The notes under the pieces were generated by a model. The model did no database searches, was not told the DNA's origin, and saw nothing but the letters and a program-made list of their open reading frames with translations. The position numbers and the translations under genes were made by a program. This document shows, in pieces, positions 13,102-25,100 of a stretch of 64,000 nt of DNA (position 1 is its first letter; each line of letters begins with the position of its first letter). The DNA is from Lepidodermella squamata (Eukaryota; Animalia; Gastrotricha), in the NCBI GenBank assembly GCA_047495785.1, contig JBLDXI010000038.1:434001-498000 (forward strand). Direction: 5' to 3'.

Positions 13102-13339
13102 AGTTAAGGTAGCCTTGCCACGATGATAGCCGTCCCACATTGCATGGGCAGATGGGCAGCATGGATGTCTCCGGGACACAACCACAAAATGCGCCGCGCC
13201 TCAAAAAAATGCCGCCGTGATTCATGCTGATCGCACTTTTGACCTTTTTAATTTGCTTTAATTCTATATTATTATTGAAGACAAGCGCCATTTTTTATTA
13301 CTATTTTTCATTTTAATTGGCGGTATTTTTTCAAAAAAA

Positions 13340-13488
13340 TCGCGACTGACTGAGTAGGTTGTAGGTATAGTCAAGCTGAAGCTGTGTTGAAGCAGTGCGA
13401 TGACTGATTTGACGTTTGACTGGTTCTTCCGTTCCCGGATGGAAGCTCGCCTTAGAGCGAATGCAACGTAAACATACATACATACATT
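13340..13488 (+). mobile_element. Possible SINE/LINE 3' end with (ACAT)n tail
   Basis: Two short hairpins followed by CGTAA(ACAT)4. No 5' end or TSD found. Confidence 0.35.
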
Positions 13489-13556
13489 TCGGTTCGAGCT
13501 CAAAATGATTGGCTGATGCGACTTCCCATTTCGGTATAATTAGTCTGTGCATTTCA

Positions 13557-14760
13557 GTAGTAGCAGGTTTATTGTTGATTGATGAATCGCCATTGTAATA
13601 ATTGATTTTTAACAAACATAGAAAATAAAAAGGAACAACATTTATAAATCAGCAAAATAACCTTACTTAGCACTCGGGATTCACCGAGCTGCTGATGAAA
13701 ATATCAGAATGACTATTCGTTTACAATTTTCCTAAATACGTTGAGCCATTTGTTGAGTTCACTAGTTCTGTCGATGGTTGATTTTGAGCTTAATAGGTTG
13801 CCGAAGTAGACGTCGTAAATGGGTGGGAGCGAAGGGCGTAGGCTGGCGATTGCAGGTGATGGGTTCGGACAGTCGGTGATAAGGTGGCGGATGTAGTTCC
13901 AACTGCTGCCGTCAGTCGGCGTAGTAGCGCAGCGATGGCAATTGCCCAAGTATTGGCGCGGTGACGACAAGGAATTGCAGCGGATTTTCAACAAGGTGGT
14001 GGCTAGTTCGCGAGGAAGCATCTCAAAATAGAATTCTGCAAAGTTTGCATTGTCGACGTCGGCCAGCACGGGGTGTTGACCGTACTTGGTTACGAGTCCA
14101 TCTCGCGTTTCGTCTAAGCGCTTCTTTTCCAGTGATGTTTTCAATAGTTCGTTCCTCTGTGCGGGAGGCAAGTTGGAAATGTTCCCTAGATTCAGATCGG
14201 TAACTGCTTTCTCAGCCCTTTCAGCCAGATTACGAGGAGCTTTCCGTCCCATCCAATCGAAGCTGAGGAGCGATTGGTGTAGCAGACTGAGAGAACTGGC
14301 GTTCTTCATGCGATAGAGAAATTTGATTGCAGCCGCCGTTCGGTGGTCTTCCGGGTGTGTAAGCGGGAACTCTTTATGCAGCATACGGTGAGATGTAGCC
14401 GTGTGCAAGCCCAGGGCTCTCTTTGCGAAACGCATATGCGTCGGGGGCGAGGCCGCTGGGTAGAATAAGTCCCAGATCTCGGCACCATATCAAAATTGCG
14501 ATAGGACGCAACTGTTGTAAAGTTCGCGAACTGCCCACGGAGGTTGAAGAACTTGAATAACTGCGGTATGGTGCCGGCCGCGCGTTGCAATTTCAGGTTG
14601 GCCTCAGCGATAGCTTTTTTGTAGAGCAGCTGTTCGTCGAGCCATACGCCAAGATATTTGAAGCTGGAGACTCTTTCGATGTCGAGGTTATTTAGACGAA
14701 ATGTTATGCCGCTAGAGGAGGGATCGGCATCGCCCTTGTAAAACAACATCCACTTTGTCC
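13557..14760 (-). mobile_element. 5'-truncated, frameshifted RTE/RTEX-like LINE (RT C-terminus + CCHC finger + 3'UTR)
   Basis: TKWMLF...IERVSSFKYLGVWLDEQL; YGAEIW after a frameshift near 14490; CHRC...HLITDCP zinc finger; stop at 13713; 3'UTR hairpin (~13670-13692), AATAAA and short CTA tail. Confidence 0.88.
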
Positions 14761-14967
14761 AAATCCACTCCAACCTCAATGCTATGTCACCATCTCACGG
14801 TTCAATGTCAATAATGTAGTTGACCAATTCTCAATTCTCATTTTATCATGTTGATAATGCCGAACTGCTTTCACTTCATGAAACAACTTCCCCAATGATT
14901 TGCCCAATTGGACATTGAAGGTTTGGACTCTGTTTTATTTAGAAAGAAGATTTTGTGAAAGCGGTTA

Positions 14968-16153
14968 ATGGCTCGTGATCCTCTAAAAGCTTCGCCTGGA
15001 TCTGCTGCTGCTAGTTACCTCAGTGCTGCCGCAAGCGCATTCGCATCAACAACAGCTCTTCAGCCGTTGGATGTTTTGAAGACTCGTTTGCAAGAAACGG
15101 CAGTGCAAAATGGCCGATCGGGGCCCAAGTTTTCAATCGGAACTGTGTCACTGCAGCTTTTCAAGCAGCATGGCATCGTTGGATTCTGGAGCGGATTATC
15201 TGCAGTATAAATATTGTGCTCGAATCTCTTTACGACATGGCTTAATTCAAGCTGTATTTCTAGTCATTATGGCGAAATATACCGGGCATCGCTATTTACT
15301 TTGGAACATTGAATACTGCAATGTCGGCCATACGACGCGTGCAACCGGATTCTTCGCCAAGTCCATCTCCCATCTTTCTTGCTTGTGTTGCGGCTTCGTG
15401 TAGAGCATTTGCTGCGACTATTCTTTTCCCGTTTACCTTTCTCAAAACCAGATATGAGGTATGTAAACATACCCACTTCTCATTTATCGGTTTCATGCAA
15501 TAATTGTTTCCATACGCTCTACCAGAGCAAGAAATATTCTTATCAGGGGATTTTTAAATCGTTCAAGCTGATACTGAAAAATGAAGGACATTCAGGTTTG
15601 TTTGTAACCGGTCACTACATAGTATATAACTGTTCTCTATTTAATACAGTCGTATTTCGCGGTTATGTCGCAACAATGGCCCGCGACGTACCGTATTCAG
15701 CAATCTACTTCCCGGTTTACACGCACGTGAAATACGCTTTTGGATCAGGTAGTTGCAACCTGCCATTTCTGAAAGATCGCTAGCTATTGGTTTATTTTCA
15801 GTTATCTCTCCCGATTTTGCGCAATCTGATTCGGGTCATTTCGTTGCTGGCTGCTTCTCTGGCATAACCGCTTCTTTGATTACTCAACCGGCCGATGTCG
15901 TGAAGACGCATATGCAGCTGAACCCTGCTCGTTTTAATACTATTTTAACGACAGTTCGCTCAATTATTTCGGTAATGTATCATGCTGTGCGAAAAATATT
16001 TATTACATGTCTGATTTTTAGAACGATGGCTTATTTGGTTTGTTTCGCGGAAGTTTGTTGCGCATAACTCGGCGAACAATTATAACCGCCGTGAACTGGA
16101 GCGTCTTCGAGCACCTGATTGGCGAAGTGATGCCGTCGCATGATCGGAGATGA
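14968..16153 (+). CDS. SLC25A38: Mitochondrial glycine transporter, 6 exons
   Basis: Three carrier repeats ([34 protein letters not shown]), RDVPYSAIY, and [14 protein letters not shown]. Confidence 0.9.
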
Positions 16154-16480
16154 TACAATATTGTGTTCTATATGACAGTCTAGTTGTTATGTTTTGATTA
16201 ATTGCTCAGTTTTATCGTTGCGATTTTCAACGGAGAAATGTCCAATAAAAATGTCTTTTAGTCAATGTGATAATTTACTCGAAACTGTGATGTTGATCTC
16301 GGCAGATGCACTGTAGCTAAGCCTCAGAAATGACACAGGAGCGAAAAAAGACAGATTTGAAAAACTGCTGATTATATTTTCCATACAAGATAATGGTTAA
16401 CTGGTACCAAGCAAATTATTCGACACACATGAGCAATATGGATGACTTCAATTACAGATAAGTAAAAATTGTCCCTCTCA

Positions 16481-19400
16481 TCAGAAGTAAGCTTGGATAG
16501 ATCTGCGTGTCTTTGTGGTATGTTTCTTGCTACCGGCAAGTTTGACCCCTCCAGGCAGGTTAAAATTGACGCTGACATCGATGTTCAAGTCCACGCCTGA
16601 TGCGAGATCGTGGAGGCTATTCAAGTGGCCGCTTTCGGCGGTTCGCTCGCCTCTACTCCGTGACCGAAGCTCTATAGTTGGCTCTGACATCAAATTAGCT
16701 GCTAATGCCGTTTCCATGTCGGAGAAGTTTAACGTTGTAGCGACGCAAACCGGCGGCGGAGCACTCCATCGGCCACCATCGCATTTCAAAGTAACAGCAC
16801 CGTCTATCGTGTAGCCTTGATTGCAGCTAAACTTGACCATTTCCAGGTCAGTGGAACTTATGAGTCCATTTACAGGGCTGGCTAAAGGAGGGCAATGGTT
16901 CTGAGATGGTCTCATGCACACTGGCGCCGAGCTGCTCCACGTCCCATTTACGCACTGAATAGCCGAATAGCCAATCAATGAGTAACCTGCATTACAGCCA
17001 AAATTAGCTATTCCACCGTAAGGCCCGGTTAAAAATCCATTCTCGGGAGACATCAGCTCAGGGCACGTGACAAAATTCTGAAGGAGCAGTTTTACAGTTT
17101 GCGAGAACATAACCTCCATGAATGCAGTGACGTTAGCAAAGTAAACGTCGACGTTAACGCAATCGAATAAGCATGAAGCAGAGTTGCCACAGACTTGCAA
17201 ACATTCGGGCGGGGCAACCTCCGGATTGGGCATTTGCACATTGGGTACGAAAGATGGGTCGAAGAAACTCATACTAGATTGGCCGCATTGATACGAGAAT
17301 AGACTCTCAGTTGAGAGCAAGCTCCACTTCATTCCAAAGCTCCAATGAACGACAGCAAGGTTTGCGCCAGATTCCAAATGACCGTCAAGCTGCTTTTGTG
17401 GCACGGCCGGAATCATGGTTCCATCCGGAGTCTGAAAATCGTTTTCAGGTTTTCCATCGAAGTTTCCCAGCAATCCTTTGAGTGCGCCGCGATGGTTCGA
17501 ACTGACGAAAGCGGTCACGGTCAAAAATGTACGGTGGTTCACGCCACTTGAGAAGAGATTAAGCTGGAACGCCATTCCTGAACCGAATGCAACCGTAACC
17601 GCGGAACCGTCAGAAGAAAATCCTACGATGGAAAACCCTCGAAAAGTCTGGGACATGATGTTGGAATCGTGTATGGGAATAAGGTGGCCATCGGCTAGTA
17701 CGTCCAAACTGGATCCAAATTTCGAAGGTTTAATGACGACAGGTGAGCTCTTGCCGTCTTTGAAAGCAACTGCCGTAGCAACAGAGACTCCATTATGCCC
17801 TTGCCATTTTTCCAGTCTAATTTGACCGAAAAAGACCGTGCCATCTGGAAGATAGGACTTGGCGAGCCAAAACTCGCCAACACCTTGGAAATGATATGTC
17901 AGCAAGTCGCACGTTGCAAAATGAGGATCACCTAATAAAATAGTCATGATAGAAGGCGAATTTTCTCGCTTGATTCGAAATTTCTTTACCCCAAACTGCA
18001 CAGGCGTGTGGTGGAATGTAAGGCTGTGTAGATATCGCTCTTCGCTCGTAGTATAAATCGCAATCATCAGTCAAAGCAGAGCTAAAATAGACAAGAGATG
18101 ATTAGCATCAAGTCACAAAACGCGCGCGGACATCGTTTAAAACCTGTAACAACAAGCCATATAGGGTACGACGTCGTATAGGAAGTGAAGGGTGCGCATC
18201 AGCAGGCCATCGGGGTTGAATCTGTTTGCGGAAGAGCCCTTTTCATTAGCTCCAGCAACCAGCTTACCGGTTACTCTGTCGTAAACACACTGCTGACCGA
18301 CTCCGCTGCCAGAGGTTCCAAAACGGGATCTGAAGATCTTCGCGTCTGGTTGGAAATGTCGAAGCAGTTTCACCTTCTCGGCATCATCCTCGACGAAATT
18401 TTTGTCAATTGCTGCCTGCGACAGCAACGAAGGGCAAGGTAATACTGCCTCAGAGAAGGGCACTCCAGCATCGCCCTGAAACCACGTAGTACAGAACTCC
18501 GGAACATCGCAGCTTGTTACGCTGAATTTCAGTGAAACTTTTACTGAGAAAAAGAAACGTCATTGTCAAAATGCCTTACCGATGAACAAATGATGACATT
18601 ATGCCACCCTCGCATTCGGCCGTGTTACCAGTCGCGATTGAGGTTTCGTCCACGGTTTCTGTTGATCTTCGGACTGAAACTAAGATTACGCACTCGGAAG
18701 CCATCGCTCGAAATTTGGTGATGTCGACGCGGGCAGAGCCGGTGTTTGCTACGCTGGCGACTAATACTCCGAGGTTGATCCAAATCCTGCGGCTGGAATC
18801 GAACGCATGCATGCTAATATCGACAGTTTCAACCCCGAACAGGGTTGGGTGGCCGGCGGTCCATGACACATGTAGCTCGCTGTTGGTTTCGCAGTTCATG
18901 AAGGCCGCGTTGACATCGGCAGGAGGCATTACGACCCACAGGTAGCCCGAATAGACAGCGCTGGCCGATTTATTAAACTCACGGACGATAAGATCCACTG
19001 TCACCCGTCCAGTATCTTGCAAAAACGGCACGACGCAGTAAGCAATCGGGACTCTGTCCTCGATTTTGGCGAATCCTTCGATTTGTATTGGCCCTTGCAC
19101 CAAATCGTGGAAAATGCAGGTCACCTTCGCTTTTTCGTTAAAACACGGCCCTTGTAAAGATATTTTTGTCCCGCAAATTGTGTTGTTTATAACGCTAAAA
19201 TTTAATTTAAATGGCATCGGTTTGGAGGTATAGATATAGCCTAGAATAAGATTTACCTTGGGAAAATATCCAACATGGCTCCTCGGCTGTACTTTTCACT
19301 GTTGCAGTAGCCACCAATCGGATCGTCATCCTGATAGCATTCTCTCTCAGCGGGATCGCCCTTTTCGCCTTTCGGCCCTGTAGTAACAAATATTTAAGTT

Positions 19401-19741
19401 TACCGAGAACATAACATTTAAATGAGTCCTCTCACCCATTGGTCCCGTTGGCCATCTCGCTCCTGTAAAAATAAAGCGAATTAAACGTTACCAGAAGCAA
19501 ATTCGAAAAGCCAACTTGGTTTGAGAAAATGGCTGCGATCTTCCTTTTCAAGCTTATCCTTTCCAGTGTCACCTTTGAATTCAACCAGAATACGATTGCT
19601 TGCGGCTAGAATGAAGATTATTCAATTGAAAATAGATCATTTAAGGGGCGAAACGTTACGCGACGATCGAGGAGCAGCACTTAGGACCAGTGACACCGAC
19701 TGGCTAAGGAAAATTCCCAATATCAAGGAGAAGTCCTTCAT
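16481..19741 (-). CDS. Secreted SUSD2/Mesh-like protein (collagen stub, TIG-like, AMOP, VWD, 2 Sushi), 8 exons
   Basis: Signal peptide MKDFSLILGIFLSQSVSLVLSA; GPMGPKGEKGDP; GTKISLQGPCF; AMOP (LPCP, GQQCVYD, HFLYDVVPYMACC, CDLYYERR); VWD (WGDPHF, GLLGNFDG); two CCP modules. Confidence 0.88.
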
Positions 19742-20098
19742 CAATTCTACGCGAAATATCACAACAATAAACCCTGCTTTTGAAGAAAAAACCGTAAGTT
19801 ATGCCTGACGATGGTTGCGTTACAGTTAAATTCTTCTCTGCAAACAGCATATAAACCAGAGAAAACAAAGTTAACATAGATGAAACCTTCTCGCGGTAAT
19901 TGCTATTTACTCTTCTCGGTTTCTGAGACAAAGTAGTTTGTGGTTTTCATCTGGTATGCTCAACATTTTTCTCACCCTCCCAATTATAAAAGACTCGCAA
20001 TCCAACTTTCTCAATTTATTCATTTCTTCAAAGTGTGCTTTGAGACACTCCAATTGTTTATTCTAGCAGTTAAAAGTATTTAATGAACAGTTTATTTT

Positions 20099-20989
20099 TC
20101 AACGGGCAACAAGCGGTGATAAATGAAGATCGCCCTCCTCGCCTTTAGACTCGAAAAATGTGTACGAAAGCGTAATGGTGTCAACTTTCTCCATCAACGG
20201 GTCGTTTGCAAAATCTGAATCGATGTAGAAAAGCACAGGCATTTCGACGTCCTCGTTAGGGTTTAACCGTTGCTCGTCAAAACAAAAACACTGCAAACAA
20301 AGAAACAAACAAACAAGGCGAAGTTATTTGGTGACCCTTTTGTAATTGTTTACAAATTGTTTTGAAAAAAACTAACCTGAACTTTGGTGAAATATTGAGC
20401 CGCTTCGTATGGCACAATGTTGTAAGTTGCAACGCCGATGATTGGACGAGTTTCCGGATTTCTAGCTGTATAGAAGGCCAGGGCGGTCTCACCGGGCATA
20501 ACCTTTACCTCCCGCTGAAGAGGACGGAAATTCCATGTCAATTCGCTTGACACATCAGCATTGAATCGAATCGAGATGATGCGGTCCTTGATTTTATTTT
20601 GCGACAAAATCTAAACATTGATTGAAGCTAGTAACAAAACCAAGAAATATGCAAGGTCCAACTCTTTCGCCGCTGTTATGCATTCGCTCAACTTTGGTTC
20701 CTTTACCGGTTGCTTGACAGTACATACGATAGAGAGGAACTCCGGCATAGGCCAGTCCGAACATCCCCGCTACAATAGCGGTGACATAGGCGGCGATTGC
20801 GCGCTTTCGGCGCTGGTCTGGATTATAAAGGTAGCTGAGTGGCGATCTAGGCGGCGGCGGCGGCGCTTGGCTAGAGAATCGTCTGACTGCATTGCTAGGA
20901 GAAAAATTATTCGAAATACTTCTTGTGACAGGATTCGAAGACAGATGCCGGTAGATCAAACATGACCGGCTAGGCAATAGCGCCCACAT
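20099..20989 (-). CDS. COX11: Cytochrome c oxidase copper chaperone, 3 exons
   Basis: YAGVPLYRMYCQATG, RFNADV, PGETALAFY, QCFCFDEQRL, TLSYTFF. Confidence 0.97.
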
Positions 20990-22111
20990 TAGATTAGATA
21001 TAAAGGTGTCTAAGAAAACAAACAAGGCGTTGTACTTGAGTCGTTTTTATTTATTTTATGCTTTAATCATCATCAATTTGGACGCTACCAATCACAAGGA
21101 CAACAAATGTAACTCCGAATGAAGAGCCATACGTGATTGTCGTAAATAGTAGTCAAATAAATAAATCAATCACATTTCTTCTTTCACTGATCGAAATAAT
21201 CTTGGTATACAATATATTGCCAGGCTGTAAAGCGGGATTTTTCCACAAACTTGAACTTTAATTTCATTCGAGACATGTAAAAGACAAACAAATCAACTTA
21301 TTCCAGATATAACATGTAAAAGTCACACCAAGTTCCTCCATAAAAAGCACGGAACTATTGATTCAATTATTTTCCAGATATAAAAACGCATACGAATTAC
21401 ATTCACAACTTGACAGCTATAACACAGTCTAGCACAAGACAGCAAAAGTTTCAAATAGTAGTTAGTGGAAAATGAAAACACGTGCGATTTCGAAACCCGT
21501 CGTGCACCTTGGGTTGACACGCTCGCCTCGAAATTCCCATGGTTTTTTATGGCCACGGTGGCTGAATGCACTGAAAGCACAAAAGTTGGGGTAATGATTC
21601 TTAAATTTAGGCACCTGGAATTCAAAAGCTAGGCGCGAATCACCGTTAGACAGCGCCTTTCTGACCATAAAAACGCAGTGATATTTCAACCAAACCGTAT
21701 CTCGCACGGTCATGCAGCGAGTACCAAGCAATGAAAAGGGATATATATTTCTACGCGCTTGATTGGCAGTTATCAAAGTTAATCAAAGTAATGAAATGGA
21801 TAGGCGTGAATTGAACCGTTGACTGAGGTGCATCGGAAAGACGATTTTACAGTCTCTGCCACGGTGCAAGCTCATAATACTTTCATTTTTATAACAGTTA
21901 ATTCTCATCGGCATCATCACTTACATAGGTAACAAATTCTACACAAGTTCCCAGCAGAGAAAAGAAAACACACATCAAAGCCGTCAAAACCGAAAAAAGC
22001 CGGCGACAAATACTTTTCCGGCACAATATAAAAAAGAATGTAGGTACGAACTGAGTTGATTACGGACTGTTTCATTGGCACAACAATCATTCAATCATTT
22101 AGTAGCGATTT

Positions 22112-25100
22112 TCAAGAAGCACCGGTGACGTCTTTCGACCCAGACGAGGGCGATGGTGACGGCGGGGTCGTCAGCTGAGCAGCGGCTGTCGGGTTCAATT
22201 TCGCGTAACAATCGGCACAAACTCGTACAGGACGCGGCGCTTTGATACGAACCACATCGGCCGAGTAGGGCGAGCACGACGAGCAAACTAACCGACCACA
22301 GTCCTTGAAAACAAAACAAAAAATTCATTATAAAATATCAACTTGATCAGAGCAACCCGGTTTAATGTTTCATACAAAGCTGTTTAAACTTACTCGGCAG
22401 TGATGTTTACGTTCGACGACGCCAAATTTAGTTTTGCAGCGTTGACACCGGCCCTCGGAATCTCTGACCCAGTGGTCGGCGGCGGCTGCGCCCGGCTTAT
22501 CCGGCACTGACCAGCTCAACAACCGGCCTCGCGCGTCGCCAACAAAAACTGTGCGGTGATCGCGCGAGACCGCGAGAGCAGTAACTGCCGCCGGTTGCCG
22601 GTTGTCATTGCGCCCGAACGCGGTATGTGCAGTGAGTTTCCCGCGGAAAACAATTTGGTAGCGCCAAACCAGTTGGGAAGGATTCTGAGTGCTTTGAAGC
22701 CTGTTCGCCATTGACGTCGAGCCAGAAGCGAGAGAGTTGGACGAAGGCGTCGAGGAACGCGACAAGTTTGACCCGACAACTACCTCGTCGCCCGCCGGCT
22801 CCTCCCCGACAGACTCGGGCACGTCGACCAGCACAGGCGCATCGATATCCTGGTCGTTATCTGCAATGTCGACTGTCGCCCCGTCGTTGTTTTCCATTAG
22901 TAAAGGCTCGGCATCGCCGTCGATTATCAACCGATTATCAGCAGAGGCAGACGAGCGGAGAGCAGTTGATGGCTGGTTTTGTTCCGAGTCGGGCAATGCT
23001 CGGCTGTTGGGCGATGTCGGTGATTCAATCGGAACTTGCGTGTACTGTAAGCTCCAAATCCGGACAACGCCGTCACTGCCGCCTGTGAGAATGATATTCG
23101 CGTCATCCCATTCGTTCATTTGCGAGAAGCCGACACATAGCACTTGTTGGTTTTCCTGAGGACAGGCATTGACGGCGCATAACGGGGTGCCGTTGATTGA
23201 AAACAAATGCAGCTCGGTGGTGGCGCACACGGCTATGTCACCCGTGAGTTCGTTTGTCGCCAGAGCAGAAATAGGCGCAGCAAGACGGCACAGTTCGCGG
23301 ATGAAACACAGCGAATTCAGATCCCACTGTATGGCGACACCATTTCGACTGCCGCTGAGCAAGATTCGATAAGCGGTCGAAGCAGAGAGACAAGTGATCG
23401 CGTCAGAATGACCGACCAGCTGCGAGTGCAGACGCGCAGGAGTTGTCGGTCTAGCAACATCAAGCCGCCAAACGTTGATCACCGAACTCTTGCCGGCAGT
23501 CAGCAGTAGACCTGGCGATGGACACAGGGCACAGAGCACCATTTGACTGTCTAGAGACTCGTAAACCGCGATGGTCTTGTCAGATTCGTAGGCTCCAAGC
23601 CGGACTGACATGTCGGCAAATCCCCATGCCACGTATTGGGTATAGTTTGGCGGGATCAGCGATTTGTTTTGCTCGACAGCCAGAATAGTCCCACGCTCGT
23701 TGATCACCAGCTGTCCGACGGCTAGTTTCAGCTCGCGAATCGGGTTTTTCGCTGGTTGCAACGACGAGACATAGTGAAAAACAAGTCGGCTATTCGCTAA
23801 TAAAACGTCGCTGCTCAGTCGCTTCGTTGGATGTGGTCGCTTGAAGAGCTGTTTCGGCATCTGGCCAAAGTTATTGATGAAGCCGATCGTAGCGTTGCGT
23901 TTGACCGGGTCAGTTATCGCATCAATATCAACTGCGCCTTTGTAGAAGTACGGATGAAACACGTTTACCGCTTCAACGGCATCCGGCCCGCTTTGCCTAT
24001 AGCCGAATATCAGGTCGATCCACTCGTTAAGGTGGGCCGAAACGTAATCACTCTCAAGCGCAGCTCGGTGAATTCGGACAAACTCGCGCGGGGAATTGTG
24101 AGCCCACGGTGGCAGAATGGCATCATCCAATAGAGTTCCATTCTGTTTCGTCCCGAAATCGAAGCGATTCGCATTGGTCAGAAATTCAGGCAGGTAAAAG
24201 AACTCTGGTATCAGCTCTTTGACGTCGGTCATGTTGTTCTTCGCTGCCGACATCCACTGCTCGCGAACCGAATGGAACATTCGATCAGGCAAGTCAAAAC
24301 AACCGCCCTGTAACCGCAAGAAAATCTGCGTGAAAGGTTCCATTCGAACGAGATATGACGCAACAATCATAGCAGACGAGTAATGGGTGCCATCTAAAAT
24401 GAGTCTTAATAAAAATGTTCAAATTGTTTCAAAATCTTACAATGGTAAGGACCAGATTCGCCAGTGGAATCTTCCCATTCCCGATATCGCTTTTCGAACT
24501 GCTTCACTCGCTCGGGAGTCTGAGCACCCATGGGCTTAGACAGATCGCGGAAAGTTTCAGTTGATGCCAGGTCCAAGTTTTCCGAGTCATAATCGGCAAG
24601 GATCCAAGGGAAAACCGGATACTGCATCAAATCTTGATAGGAGCGCTGAGCCAGGGTGTTCATATGCATGAGATACTGAAAATTGCTGATCTCGTTTCGA
24701 ACCCAACGGTCTGTAACAGATCGGTCGCCGATCAAAGCCGACAGCGGGTTCGACGAGGATTCTACATGTGCTCCAGCTCTTTGCCCGGCAACGCTTTGCT
24801 CAGCAGAATCAAGCAAGCCCTGCGCTACTGATAGCAGCCTCGAATACACTGCCCGCCTTGTTTGGGTGTGCGGGAAAGCTAGTAGAATCGTTCGACCGTC
24901 GACAGAAAACACTTCAATAGCGATTGGCTGAAGGAGATAGCGCCGTTTCAACACCTCTCGAATAGTTGAATACCGCAATTTGGCGTGTTGGTGCCGCGCG
25001 TTGGTTGGATGAGAAGAAGACGATGCCGAGGTGGACGAAGGCACCGAGCCAGACGCGTAGCATGTTGTCGGAACAATGGGCCGATGAAGATCGCTGGGCA

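Noticed and set aside
13110-13200. GC-rich hairpin-prone stretch next to the MITE, considered as an HDV-like ribozyme or Kolobok end
   Set aside because: No HDV pseudoknot could be built and no matching second terminus was found.
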